From Candidatus Sulfomarinibacteraceae bacterium (GTDB taxonomy: Bacteria; Acidobacteriota; Thermoanaerobaculia; Thermoanaerobaculales; Sulfomarinibacteraceae), in assembly GCA_963796455.1 (NCBI GenBank), contig CAWCLO010000006.1:96001-160000 (forward strand): 64,000 nt of DNA. Reading direction: 5' to 3'. Of the stretch, positions 29,340 to 39,948 are shown piece by piece. The notes beneath the pieces were generated by a model that saw only the letters and a list, made by a program, of their open reading frames with translations, searched no databases and was not told the origin of the DNA. The translations under genes were made by a program, and so were the position numbers. Positions within the stretch are counted from its first letter, which is position 1. The number at the start of each line of letters is the position of its first letter.

Positions 29340-30548
29340 GTCGACGCGGTTCTCAGCACGGTGAGAAACTGAGCTTGCGCAGATCGGTCCACCGATATTG
29401 AAGGTCGCAGCCATCTTCGGGTCGGGGACCTGCAACTCGGCCGGCACCTTGCCCTGCAACTGCCAGGCCGCCCAGCCGATCATGGCCACACCCGTCGCAC
29501 CGACCGGATGCCCCTTTGCAATCAGACCGCCCGAGGTGTTGATGCCGCATTCACCCTTGGCGTCGGCCTTGCCGTCGGCCCAGTAGCGCGCTCCCTCACC
29601 GTAACCGGCTTTGCCGATCACCTCGGCACCGATCGCGCCCATGACGGTGAAACAATCGTGGATCTCGGCCACATTGACATCCTCAGGGCCCGCCCCCGCC
29701 ATCTCGTAGGCCGCATTCATCGCGGCAAAGGCTCCTGCCGGTTTCAGAATGTCGCGCCCTTCCTTGAGCAGGGGATCGGTCGCCTGACCCCAGCCGGCGA
29801 TCTCCACACAATCGGCCTTGCTGATGCCGAGCTTGGCGAGACCCTCTTCGGTCGCCACGATCAGACCGGCATAGCCGTCACTGATCTGCGAACAATCGTA
29901 GGTCTTGAGCGGCAGACCTTCGACGATGTAACGGTTGCGGCCTTCCGGGGTCGCGGCCTCATCCACCGACACCTCGATCTTCTGCATCTGGGCGTAGGGG
30001 TTGTAGGTCGAGTTGGCATACTCCCGAGACGAGATTTCGGCGAAATCCCGTTCGGTGGCGCCGTGCGCCGCCATGTAGTCGCGCATGACCTCCGCAAAGA
30101 GGTGGGGGAAGATGTAGACCTTGCCCTCGCGCTCATCCGGGTGCGAAAAATACCCGAGCACTTCGCCGATCAGCGCGCCGTCCATCTTGCCCTCGTCGTT
30201 GCGCATTTTCTCGACGCCAACCGCCATGCCCACGTCACCCAGCCCCATCTGAAGCTTGCCGATCACGGAGAGCACAGCTTGACCACCGGTAGCGCAGGCA
30301 TTTTCGACCGCTTCGATGGGTTTGGCCTCGAGACCGGGGACCATGGCGACAAGACCTGCCAGCAATCCCTGCTGATTCAAGGAAAAATTGCAGGTCGCGC
30401 CCACCGATGCGACGTCGATGGCGGCCGCTTCGGCACCGATCTCGGCGCAGGTTTCATTGACTGTCGCAGCAATGATCTCGGGCACCGACATGTCGAAGAG
30501 CTTGCCGAATTTGGATTGATGATACGCAGCGATATAGACTTTTTTCAC
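29337..30548 (-). CDS. Thiolase, SCP2/non-specific lipid-transfer type (C-terminus possibly frameshifted)
   Basis: ENACATGG, CSQISDG, EIHDCF, NTSGGLIAKGHPVGATG, FNIGG. Confidence 0.9.
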   Translation of the reverse strand: MKKVYIAAYHQSKFGKLFDMSVPEIIAATVNETCAEIGAEAAAIDVASVGATCNFSLNQQGLLAGLVAMVPGLEAKPIEAVENACATGGQAVLSVIGKLQMGLGDVGMAVGVEKMRNDEGKMDGALIGEVLGYFSHPDEREGKVYIFPHLFAEVMRDYMAAHGATERDFAEISSREYANSTYNPYAQMQKIEVSVDEAATPEGRNRYIVEGLPLKTYDCSQISDGYAGLIVATEEGLAKLGISKADCVEIAGWGQATDPLLKEGRDILKPAGAFAAMNAAYEMAGAGPEDVNVAEIHDCFTVMGAIGAEVIGKAGYGEGARYWADGKADAKGECGINTSGGLIAKGHPVGATGVAMIGWAAWQLQGKVPAELQVPDPKMAATFNIGGPICASSVSHRAENRVD

Positions 30549-30617
30549 ACGACCTCCTGATGTCATCCGATCCCGTTCCCGTTCCCACTCCCGAAATCGG
30601 GGGCCGGGCGGGCATTC

Positions 30618-32177
30618 CTAATTCTTCTTTTCTTTCTCCCAGAGCTCCACCAGCTCCCCTTTGACTACTTTGCCGTAGGCCGTCCTGGGTAACTCATCCA
30701 CCACCCGAAACTGTTTGGGAATCTTGTATCGTGCCAACCGCCCGGCCATGAACGAGCCGAGATCTTCGGCAGTCACCGCTTGCTCTGCAGCCGGTACGAC
30801 GAAGGCGATTCCCACCTCGCCCCAGGTCTCGTGTGGCACCCCGACGACCGCGGCATCCGAGAGCGCCGGGTGTTGAAGCAGGCTGTTTTCGATCTCCGCC
30901 GGGTAGACGTTGACCCCACCGGAGATGAACATGTCCTTGGCGCGTCCGGCGATGTAATAAAAGCCGTCGCTATCCCGGCAGGCCATGTCGCCGGTATGGA
31001 ACCAGCCGTTCTTGTCGCGGGCCTGGGCGGTCGCCTGCGGGTTGTTCCAGTACCCCGCGCTCACATGCGGACCGCGAAAACACAATTCACCGACGTCGTC
31101 CGGAGGCATTTCTTTTCCGTCGGGGTCCATCACCCTGGCTTCGGTGAACATCAACGGTTTTCCGATTGCCCCGGCCTTGACCCACGCCTCCTCGTCCGTC
31201 ATGGAAAAACAATTCACCCCGACTTCGGTCAAACCGTAGCCCTGGCGCATGACGACACCCCGGTCGCGAAAAACGCCAACCAGGTGGCGCGGCAGCGGTG
31301 CGCCGCCGGAGATAAACCACCGCACATGACTGAGATCCGCGGTCGCGAACTCCGGCGCATCCGCCAGCATCTTCCAAATTGTGGGCACACCGAGCACGAC
31401 CGTGCAACCTTCGTCCACGATCATCTTCCAGACCTCTGACGGGTCGAATTCGCGGTGCAGGATGATGGTGCCGCCGGCGAGAAAGATCGGTGACAGAAAA
31501 GCACCCAGACCCCCGGCGTGATAGAGCGGAGTGAAGATCGGGCTGACGTCGTTTTCTGAAAGTTGCCAGCAGGCAACCGTGTTATAGGCGTTCCAGGCCA
31601 CCATTCGGTGGGGTGTGATGACTCCCTTTGGTTTGCCGGTTGTGCCCGAAGTGTAGAGCAGGCAGAGTGGGTCATCGGGGCAACAGACGCTCGGGACGAA
31701 GTCTCCGTCTCCAACCAAAGCCAGAAGATCCGACCACGACAGGGACTCGCTCAGCTCATCTCCGTCGAGGGAGACCAGACGGCCGGTATCCACCCTCTGA
31801 TGGAGTTCGCCCACGGTCTCGGCGTGTTCCGCCCCATAGAGCAGGGCCGAGAGGCCGCAATCTTCGATGATGACCGCCAATTCCGCAGATGTCAGCCGCG
31901 TCCCGAGCGGTACCAGAATGACCCCCGATTTGGCCGCGGCAAAAAACGCATCAACATATTCCAGCCGATTGCTCGACAAGATCCCGATCCGGTCACCCCG
32001 CTTGAGCCCGAGCCCGTAGAGCCAGGCGCGGGCACAGGTCGCCGCCCGGTAATCAAGCTCCGAATAGCTCAGTCGCTGCCCGGTTGCGACCTCGACGATG
32101 GCGGTCTTGTTCGGCGACAAACGGCTGCGTTCACCTACAATGTCGGCACAGATCACGGCGAAAGCTCCTGCCTCCAT
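30618..32177 (-). CDS. Acyl-CoA synthetase (AMP-forming)
   Basis: YTSGTTGKPKG, GYGLTE, TGD, GRAKDM.ISGG.NVYP.EIE, GKV.K. Confidence 0.92.
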   Translation of the reverse strand: MEAGAFAVICADIVGERSRLSPNKTAIVEVATGQRLSYSELDYRAATCARAWLYGLGLKRGDRIGILSSNRLEYVDAFFAAAKSGVILVPLGTRLTSAELAVIIEDCGLSALLYGAEHAETVGELHQRVDTGRLVSLDGDELSESLSWSDLLALVGDGDFVPSVCCPDDPLCLLYTSGTTGKPKGVITPHRMVAWNAYNTVACWQLSENDVSPIFTPLYHAGGLGAFLSPIFLAGGTIILHREFDPSEVWKMIVDEGCTVVLGVPTIWKMLADAPEFATADLSHVRWFISGGAPLPRHLVGVFRDRGVVMRQGYGLTEVGVNCFSMTDEEAWVKAGAIGKPLMFTEARVMDPDGKEMPPDDVGELCFRGPHVSAGYWNNPQATAQARDKNGWFHTGDMACRDSDGFYYIAGRAKDMFISGGVNVYPAEIENSLLQHPALSDAAVVGVPHETWGEVGIAFVVPAAEQAVTAEDLGSFMAGRLARYKIPKQFRVVDELPRTAYGKVVKGELVELWEKEKKN

Positions 32178-33115
32178 GCCTCCTCAGGGGGAGTATCGAG
32201 AGCCGTCCGCAAAGCCTCGGCAAAGAGATCGGGGCATTCGCGATGCGGCACATGACCGCAGCCGGGAACCACGTGGAGCCGCGCCCTCGGCAGACCCTCG
32301 AGCAGTCGATCGGCATATTCCATCGTCATCAAACCGTCGGAGTCACCCCACACCAGTTCGACCGGTGCGACGACAGTGGTCAGACGATCATCGAGAAGAT
32401 AGTTGTTGATCTTTCCACCCATGTTCGCGAGGCTTCCGGCGAACCGTCCGGCCGGCCCTTCCCGGGAATGGCGGACGACATCGTCGAGAACAAAATCCGG
32501 TACCGGCGGGGTCGACGGGCCCATCAAGGCCTTCATGGTCTCTCGGGCTTCCTCGCGGTTCGCCGGAAAGATATTGACCGTCGAATCATTCTGTCGGATG
32601 GCGCCGCCGTTGACCAGTACCAGCCGCAATACGCGATCGGGGTAATCCCTGGCATAGAGCATGGCCACCCACGCTCCCATCGAATTCCCGACGAGCACGG
32701 CCTGCTCGTCAGCGCACACCGTTTCCATCAACACGTCGACCGCCCCGCGCAAGGTTTCGATACCGAGCGGACCATCCTGGGGATCGCTCTTCCAGTGGCC
32801 GGGCAGATCGGGAATCACGACCCGGTAGTCATCGACGAAGGTGGGCACGGCTCGAGCCCAGGCGCCGGCCTGGTCTCCCGCTCCGTGCAAGAGGATCATG
32901 CACGGGCCCGATCCTGCCTCCCAGACGGTCATTCCGCCGGCGGGGGTCCTTACAGTCGTCTTGTCGAACCCGTGCCGGGTCAACGCCATCCGACTGAAGG
33001 ACGCATCGATCTTGAGCGGCCGCTTCCATACCATCCACGAAGTCACGATGATGCCGATGACGATGAGGATTCCGAACCCAAGCAGGACTTTCAGAATTTT
33101 TTTACCCATCGACAT
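32153..33115 (-). CDS. Membrane-anchored alpha/beta hydrolase
   Basis: N-terminal TM; LLHG, DLPGH, GNSMG, CGH. Confidence 0.88.
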   Translation of the reverse strand: MSMGKKILKVLLGFGILIVIGIIVTSWMVWKRPLKIDASFSRMALTRHGFDKTTVRTPAGGMTVWEAGSGPCMILLHGAGDQAGAWARAVPTFVDDYRVVIPDLPGHWKSDPQDGPLGIETLRGAVDVLMETVCADEQAVLVGNSMGAWVAMLYARDYPDRVLRLVLVNGGAIRQNDSTVNIFPANREEARETMKALMGPSTPPVPDFVLDDVVRHSREGPAGRFAGSLANMGGKINNYLLDDRLTTVVAPVELVWGDSDGLMTMEYADRLLEGLPRARLHVVPGCGHVPHRECPDLFAEALRTALDTPPEEAWRQELSP

Positions 33116-33267
33116 CCCCCAAATCCAGGAAAGTGTTGAATATCGAGTTGCAAGATCTGAGTTGGGCCCTCTTCGTCACGCGCTTCACTGCGGTGGGCGG
33201 GATCTCGAAACTCAAAACTCAAAACTCAAATCTGATTCTGTCCTTCTTCGACACCAACCGATTTTTT

Positions 33268-34257
33268 TCAACGCATCCTGAACGCCGCTCCCGCTTGGTT
33301 ATACCCTACTCCAGATCCGACGAGCACGAGCAAATCACCCGAAGAGATCTTGCCCTGCTCGATTGCGTCATCGAGCGCAATCGGCACACAGGCCGACCCG
33401 GTGTATCCCCACTTCTCCATCACCGTGTGGGTTTTCTCCATCGGCAGACCGAGATCCGACAGGACCAACTCGATGGATGGCTTGCGGACCTGGGTAAAGA
33501 TCGTGAAGTCGATCTCCGAGAGTTCGAAGCCTCCATTGGCCGCCAGTGATCGCACGACCTTCGGCCAGCCCTCGTGGTTCACTTCAGGAGGATAGCGCTC
33601 GACCATGCGGACCGCCGTTCGACCGGCTCGCACAGCTTCTTCGGTGGCGGGCTCGAAAGTCGCACCCGCGTAGACCCCCCAGTGGGCGTGGTACGCCCCG
33701 TCGGCACGCATCGCCGAAGAGACAAAGCCTGGTTCGTCTGAGGGTTCGAAGACCGCCGCTCCGGATCCGTCACCATAAAAAAAGATCATCGGGTCATCGG
33801 GCGCAGCCAATTTCTGCATGTTGTAGACACCGACGACCAGCACGGTCTTCAATGCCGGGTTCGATGCGATGAGCCCCGAGGCGATCGCGGCACCGGTCGG
33901 GAACGAGGCGCAGGCGCAGCCCACGTCAAAGGTCCCTGCGTTGACGGCCCCCAGTTTGTGTTGCAGAACCACCGAGGTTGCCGGAGTCGTGTAATCGGGT
34001 GAGTCGGTACCGAGAATGACGAGGTCGACGTCCTCCGGCCGGCGCCCCGCCTTTTCCAGGGCCTGTCGCGCCGCCGGCAACGCGATATCCGACGCACACC
34101 AATCCTCCGGCGCCCACCAGCGAGTGCGAATCGACGACGACTCCTCCATCTTGTCGACAAAGTCGGGGATGTGGGCAAAGCGCTCGCGGAGTTGGTCGTT
34201 GGAAACTTCGTTTTCCGGGATATATCGGCCTGTAGCAACGATTGTTGCGTATCTCAT
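33268..34257 (-). CDS. KAS III/FabH-like condensing enzyme with atypical active site
   Basis: DVGCACASF, GDGSGA, GSGVG; FTQVR and WGYTG replace PHQAN and YGNT. Confidence 0.88.
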   Translation of the reverse strand: MRYATIVATGRYIPENEVSNDQLRERFAHIPDFVDKMEESSSIRTRWWAPEDWCASDIALPAARQALEKAGRRPEDVDLVILGTDSPDYTTPATSVVLQHKLGAVNAGTFDVGCACASFPTGAAIASGLIASNPALKTVLVVGVYNMQKLAAPDDPMIFFYGDGSGAAVFEPSDEPGFVSSAMRADGAYHAHWGVYAGATFEPATEEAVRAGRTAVRMVERYPPEVNHEGWPKVVRSLAANGGFELSEIDFTIFTQVRKPSIELVLSDLGLPMEKTHTVMEKWGYTGSACVPIALDDAIEQGKISSGDLLVLVGSGVGYNQAGAAFRMR

Positions 34258-34267
34258 GAAAATTCCT

Positions 34268-34350
34268 TTCCGATCCCATTCCCGATCCCGCTCCCGATCC
34301 CGGACCGAAGGATGATTTCGGGAACGGGAGCGGGAACGGGAGCGGGAAAG
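34268..34350. repeat. Inverted hexamer arrays (TCCCGA-like / CGGGAA-like)
   Basis: cgatcc cattcc cgatcc cgctcc cgatcc ... cgggaa cgggag cgggaa cgggag cgggaa; related tract at ~30567-30600. Confidence 0.8.
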
Positions 34351-34356
34351 GAGGGA

Positions 34357-35139
34357 CTAGGTCCCAATCACCAATCCACCATCAATCGAGAAGGTGGCGC
34401 CCGTGACCCACGTCGCCGCATCCGAGGCCAACCAGAGATAGGCGTTGGCGATGTCGGCGGTGTCGCCGATCCGCCCCATCGGGGTATGGGCGACCATGCC
34501 GTCGAGGACCTTTTGCGGCATCGCCTCGATGATCTCGGTCAACACGAAGCCCGGCGCCACGGCGTTGACCCGAATTCCAAAGCGGCCCAATTCGCGGGCC
34601 CAGGTCTTGGTCATCCCGATGACACCGGCCTTGGTGGCCACGTAGTTGGTCTGACCGAAATTCCCGTTGAGACAGGCAACCGACGATGCGTTGAGAACAA
34701 CGCCGCCTCCGCGGGCGATCAAGTGGGGCGCGGCCGCACGGGTGCAGTGAAATACCCCCTTGAGATTGACGTTGAGAACGGCGTCCCACTGGTCGTCGGT
34801 CATCCGCGCCACCACCTCGCCATCCTTGAACTTGACGAGCTGTCCGTCTCGAACGATCCCTGCATTGTTGACCAACACATCGAGACCGCCCCATCGGTCC
34901 ACCACATCCGCGATCGCCGTCTCCACCTGGCCGGCGTGAGCGACATCGACTTTTTGAAAAAAGCCTTCACCCCCGGCCGCATTCAGGGCCGCAACGACCT
35001 CGTCGGCCACCGCTTCGTTGACGTCCCACGCCGCCACCTTCGCGCCTTCCGCAGCAAAGGCCAGTGCCGTCGCCCGGCCGATGCCTGCAGCAGCGCCAGT
35101 GACGATCACGACCTTGTTTTTGAGTCCGGTTTCGATCAT
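34357..35139 (-). CDS. SDR, 3-oxoacyl/acetoacetyl-CoA reductase-like
   Basis: TGAAAGIG, NNAGI.RD, GQTNY.ATK, NAVAPG. Confidence 0.92.
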   Translation of the reverse strand: MIETGLKNKVVIVTGAAAGIGRATALAFAAEGAKVAAWDVNEAVADEVVAALNAAGGEGFFQKVDVAHAGQVETAIADVVDRWGGLDVLVNNAGIVRDGQLVKFKDGEVVARMTDDQWDAVLNVNLKGVFHCTRAAAPHLIARGGGVVLNASSVACLNGNFGQTNYVATKAGVIGMTKTWARELGRFGIRVNAVAPGFVLTEIIEAMPQKVLDGMVAHTPMGRIGDTADIANAYLWLASDAATWVTGATFSIDGGLVIGT

Positions 35140-35227
35140 GTCTCCTCCTTCACACACCTGGGGCCCCGGATGATCTGGAGCCGGCAGACAGCAGGTGCCC
35201 GGTCGACGCGTCGACGCCGATCAGACG

Positions 35228-35262
35228 AAAAAAAACGGGGGCGCCTGTCCGGCGCCCCCGTT
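35228..35262 (-). terminator. Intrinsic terminator after the TonB receptor
   Basis: AACGGGGGCGCC-5nt-GGCGCCCCCG followed by T8. Confidence 0.85.
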
Positions 35263-35270
35263 GGATTACA

Positions 35271-37533
35271 TCAGAAGAAGCGCCACTCGAGGGTCGCCAC
35301 AAATGTCTGCGGGGCTCCATACGATCCCTGGAGAATTCCGAGCGCCGGAATGTTGTATCCGTTGGTCAGGTACTCCTCGTCGAGGAGGTTCTTGCCGCTG
35401 ATACCGAACCGCCACTTGGCGTTGCCCGACAGCCACGAAATCCAGGCGTCAACCAAACCGAAGGAAGGCTGAACGATCGGATCGACCCCCTCGTTGGTCA
35501 GAATCGACTCATCTCGATAGCTGTAGCCGACACTGGCGGTGATCAAACCGCCGAAGGCCGGGAAGTCGAAGTTGCCGCGGATGGCGCCGGTCAACTCCGG
35601 TGCGTTGGTGATCACCTGGGCATCGAGAACGCCGTCCTCGTTTTCGTCCAAGAAATCCGGGTCTGTATGCAGATACGCGAGGAAAGCCCGAAAGACCAAA
35701 CCAGGATCTCGAGGCCCAGTTGTACTCAACCTCGACTCCACTGACGGTGGCGTCGCCAGCGTTGAGGAAGTTGCCGAAGAAGGCATCGTTCGTGCCGTCG
35801 CCATTCGAATCGTAATCGGTGAACGTGCTGACCTGGATGTCGGTGTAGTCGCCGTAGAAGACGGCGCTGTTGAGGACCAGCGACCGGTTCGCGAGTACCG
35901 TCTTGACCCCGACCTCTGCCACCGTCATGACTTCGTCGTCAAACGGCAGGCCGGACTCCGGAAAGACGGTTTCCTGGGCGCGGACGTTGTAACCACCGCT
36001 CTTGAAACCCCGATTGACCTTGAAGTAGCCCATCACGTCCGGGCTGAATTGGTAGTCCAGACCGAGCTTGGGTGCCCACGAGGTGAATGTCACCTCGTCG
36101 TCGAAGTCCGCGGTGACCAACCAGTAATCGGTGTAGGTGTTGTCGGTGTTGTAGACGTTGAAGGCCCGGCCGTGCTTGGTCTCCCGTGTCGGCCGCAGCC
36201 CCACGTTGAGAGTCAGACGATCGGTGAGCCTGAAGCTGCCGTCGGCGTACAGGGCGTAGGACTTGGTGTCGATATCTCCCTCAGTGGTTACAAAAGTGCT
36301 GCCGACAAAGGTGGCGTTCACCCTTCCACCCGCCGTGCCGTCGAAGTAGTAGAGGCCGAGAACGCCGCTCCATTTATCGGAACCGGTGAAGACAAGCTGA
36401 AACTCCTGCGTCGTCTGGTCGTCGAAGTAGACCGCCGGACCTGTGTCGACGATCGGCGCAGGTGTGGTGTCGAAGTCGATGTTGTTCTGGGCGTCATTCT
36501 CCCGGTGGGCGGTAATGGACTTGAACTGCAGCGCCGGGTTGATGTCCCAGGTCAGCGTCAACGAGTAACCCGTCGAGTCCGTGCTGTTGATCGGCGCGAG
36601 GCCGCTCTCGGTATCGAAGAGGTTGTCATATGGCGGACACGCTCCAATACCGAAAAGAGGACAGAGAGGGTTGGCCGCGAGGCGGGTCAGGCCGACCGGT
36701 TCCGCCCTATCTTCGGTATGATCGTAATCGGCCCGAATCGATACCTTGTCCGAGAGCAGCCACTGCAGGCCGAGACGGTAAGCGGTGGTGTCCTTGTCCG
36801 AGACGTCCCTGTTCTGGTAGGTATTTTCTCCGTAGCCGTCACGGGTGAGCTTCGCAAAAGAGGCTTTTCCCCGAAGCTTGCCAGCGACGATCGGCCCGGC
36901 AATCGTTCCCCGAAATTCCTGGGTGCCCCAGGTCCCGGGGTTCCACGTGATACGTCCTTCTGCGGTATCCGTCAGCGGCCTGGTCACGTATTTGATGGCG
37001 CCACCGATAGTGTTCTTGCCATAGAGGGTCCCCTGCGGGCCGCGCAGGACCTCCACTCGCTCGACATCATAGACATCGAGCAAGGCGCCCTGCGGGCGCG
37101 CAACGTAGACATCATCGATATAGAGGCCGACGCCGGGATCCACGCCCCACAACGGGTCCGCCTGGCCCACGCCGCGGATGAACGCCGTCAGCGTGGTCGA
37201 TTGGTTGCGGCCCTGATAGATCGAGAGGTTGGGGACATAGCTCTCGAGCTCACTAATGGTCGTGGCGGCAATATCCTGGAGCTGAGGGCCACCAACCACC
37301 GAAACTGCAATCGGTATTTCCTGTAAGGCCTCTTCACGCCGTCGCGAGGTGACGGTGATCTCGCCGGCAAACGGCTGCCGATCGAGCGCTTCCTGAATAG
37401 CCTTTTCTTCTTCGGTCTGAACGGTCTCATCGGTCCCTTCTTCGGCTTCCTGAGCCAAAGCCGGAACGGCGAAACAGACCAACACGGCCAGTACCGCTAC
37501 CAACAAAAACATCGGTTTCACGCGATCACTCAT
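35271..37533 (-). CDS. TonB-dependent receptor (one apparent frameshift ~35684)
   Basis: Signal peptide; EITVTSRRREE.LQ.IP, VEVLRGPQGTLYG, GFKSGG; C-terminal part KNLLDEEY...WRFF is in the adjacent frame. Confidence 0.9.
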
Positions 37534-38222
37534 TGTTTCCTCCCCTTCTCGAAGTTGGCGCCCTCCGCTACTGTCGAATCCGGCGGATCAGCCGGATCTT
37601 TGAGCAGCCCGCGACGCAAAATGCGGATAAAACCATCAACAGCCTGACTGGCGTCCATCCCGAAGTGCATGGGTACGCCAAAACATTTCTCGACGGTATA
37701 AAAGTAAAAAAGCCAGCGCGTCGCGACCATCACAGCCACCATGGGGTCGGCGTCGGTCAGACGGCCCTGGCGCCGGAGTTCTTCGAAGCGCGGTCCATAG
37801 GCCGCTTTGAAACGATCCGCCATGGACTCGTAGAAATAGCGAATGTGCCGGCCCTGGAACTCGATCACATCGATGAAGACGAGCAGGATCGAGGCCTTGT
37901 TCTGCTCGACCGTGAACTCGATCGCGGCCGCCAGCTTTTCGAGATCATCCGGGAAGTCGGCTCCGACAAAAACCTTCTGCAATGGGTGCGCGGGATCGAG
38001 CAACCGCGCCCAGTAATCATCGATGAGCTGTTGGAAGATCTTTTCCTTGGAGCCGAAGTGGTGGTAGAGGTTTCCCACCGACTGGTCGCAGGCCTCTGCA
38101 ATCTGCCGCATCGAGGTGGCGCCGTAACCCTGGGTCGAGAAGAGCTCGAGCGCCACCTCCAACACCTTGGTGGTGGCAACTTCCGACCTCGCGGCCTGGC
38201 GTCCGTTTGATCCTCTGGGCAT
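37530..38222 (-). CDS. TetR family regulator
   Basis: ALELF...GY.ATSMRQIA.....VGNLYHHF.SKE. Confidence 0.92.
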   Translation of the reverse strand: MPRGSNGRQAARSEVATTKVLEVALELFSTQGYGATSMRQIAEACDQSVGNLYHHFGSKEKIFQQLIDDYWARLLDPAHPLQKVFVGADFPDDLEKLAAAIEFTVEQNKASILLVFIDVIEFQGRHIRYFYESMADRFKAAYGPRFEELRRQGRLTDADPMVAVMVATRWLFYFYTVEKCFGVPMHFGMDASQAVDGFIRILRRGLLKDPADPPDSTVAEGANFEKGRKQ

Positions 38223-38232
38223 ATCCTTTAAA

Positions 38233-38280
38233 AACCGAACGTTCGTTAGGTAACCTATGCTCTGAGATCCAGATTGTCAA
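38233..38280 (-). promoter_or_regulatory. tetR promoter with operator palindrome
   Basis: TTGACA-17-TAGGTT; perfect palindrome CGAACGTTCG at 38236-38245. Confidence 0.65.
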
Positions 38281-38386
38281 GCCGCACGGGAGGAGACAAA
38301 CCTCCGACGGCGGCGATCCGTGGCCGAGCCCGGGAAGGATGGGTAGGTGGAGGCCTACCGATCGGCCCGGACCAAAATATCCCCAC

Positions 38387-39917
38387 TCAATCCACCGAAA
38401 TCTCTGTGAGGCGCTTCTTGTCGATCTTGCCGGCGGCGGTCTTGGGCAATTCCTCCGCAATCACCACCGACTTCGGGATCTTGAATCGGGCCAATCGCTC
38501 GCTGCAAAAGGCGATCAGCTCGTCGGCGCGGAGTTCGCAGTTCGGCCTCACCACTACGAAGGCGCGGCCCACCTCGCCCCAGGTGTTGTCGGCAACCCCG
38601 ATCAGCGCCGCCTGCGCCACCGCCGGATGCTCGTGTAGCACGCTCTCCACCTCGGCCGGATAGACGTTTTCGCCGCCGGATTTGATCATGTCCTTCTCAC
38701 GCCCGACGATCCAGTGGCAGCCGTCGGCGTCCCGGCGCGCCAGGTCCCCGGTGCGCAGCCAGCCGTCAGGGCCGATGGCCGCCGCGCTCTCCTCCGTTTT
38801 TCTCCAGTAGCCGTCGCACACGTGGGGCCCCCGGATCAGGAGCTCTCCGACTTCGTCGGAACCGCACTCGCCGCCGGCGGCGCCCTCGATCCTAACGTCT
38901 ACGTGGAACAACGGGTAGCCGACTGCTCCCGGCTTTCCTCGCCGCTCCTCCGGTGGCATCCAGAAGTTGTTGGGCCCGGCCTCGGTCAGGCCGTAGCCGG
39001 TGAAGAGCTCGACCCCGCGCTCTCTGAAACCGGTCGATCACCGGCTCCGGGCAGGATGCGCCGCCACTGCCACAGATCTTCATCCGGGAGAAGTCGGCCT
39101 CCTGCCAACGCGGGTGCTGCTGCATCATGATGTACATGGTCGGCACCCCGACCAGCAGGGACACCTCACGGTCCCGGATCAGGTCGAAAGTGTGATCCAG
39201 ATCGAAGGTGCGGCAGACGATCGAGGTGCCGCCGACGTGGACAAGCGGTGCGGTGAATACGTTGAATCCGCCGGTGTGGAAAAGCGGCATCTGGAGAATC
39301 GCCACGTCGTCGCCGGTCAAACCCCAGCTGACCACCGTGTTGATCGAGTTGGCCGTGATCGACCGGTGCGTCAGGACCGCGCCCTTGGGGAAGCCCGTGG
39401 TGCCGCCGGTATAGCAGATGGCCCAAGCATCGTTCCAACCCAGGTCCGCTTCGGGCGGCTCACTGTCGGCACACTCTTCGCGGTCGATGAATTTCGTGTC
39501 GGAATCTGTCTGATGCTCGCCGAGAGCCACAAAGTGTTTGACACAGGCAACCTGTCCGCGCAGTTCATCTACCACTCCGGCAAAGTCAGGTCCATACACC
39601 AGCACGCGAGGGGTTGCGTCTGCCACCAGGGCTGCCAGCTCCCGCGGGGTCAAACGCCAGTTGAGCAACTGGATCACGGCTCCGATCTTGCCGCAGGCAA
39701 ACCACAGATCCAGGTACTCGACGCAGTTCATTGCGAGCACCGCGACCCGGTCGCCACGCTCCACGTACAGACGCTGCCGAAGGAAATGAGCTGTGCGGTT
39801 GGTCTGGTGGTTCAACTCGCGGTAGGTGATCTGCCGGTCTCCGTCGTTGGTGTCGATCAACGCGGTTTTGTTCGGAGTCAGGGAGGCCCTACGGGTCAGC
39901 CAGCTGTTCACGTACAT
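38387..39917 (-). CDS. Acyl-CoA synthetase (one apparent frameshift ~39028)
   Basis: YTGGTTGFPKG in the first frame; GYGLTE, TGD, KSGGENVYP, GKIDK after the shift; GGAGGAGG RBS. Confidence 0.9.
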
Positions 39918-39948
39918 CCGCACCTCCTCCGGCGTTCTCGACGGCCCG

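Noticed and set aside
35539..37326. Long antisense ORFs (also 5641-6924, 15473-17071, 42587-43972 and others)
   Set aside because: Shadow frames of well-supported opposite-strand genes in high-GC DNA; no recognisable motifs.
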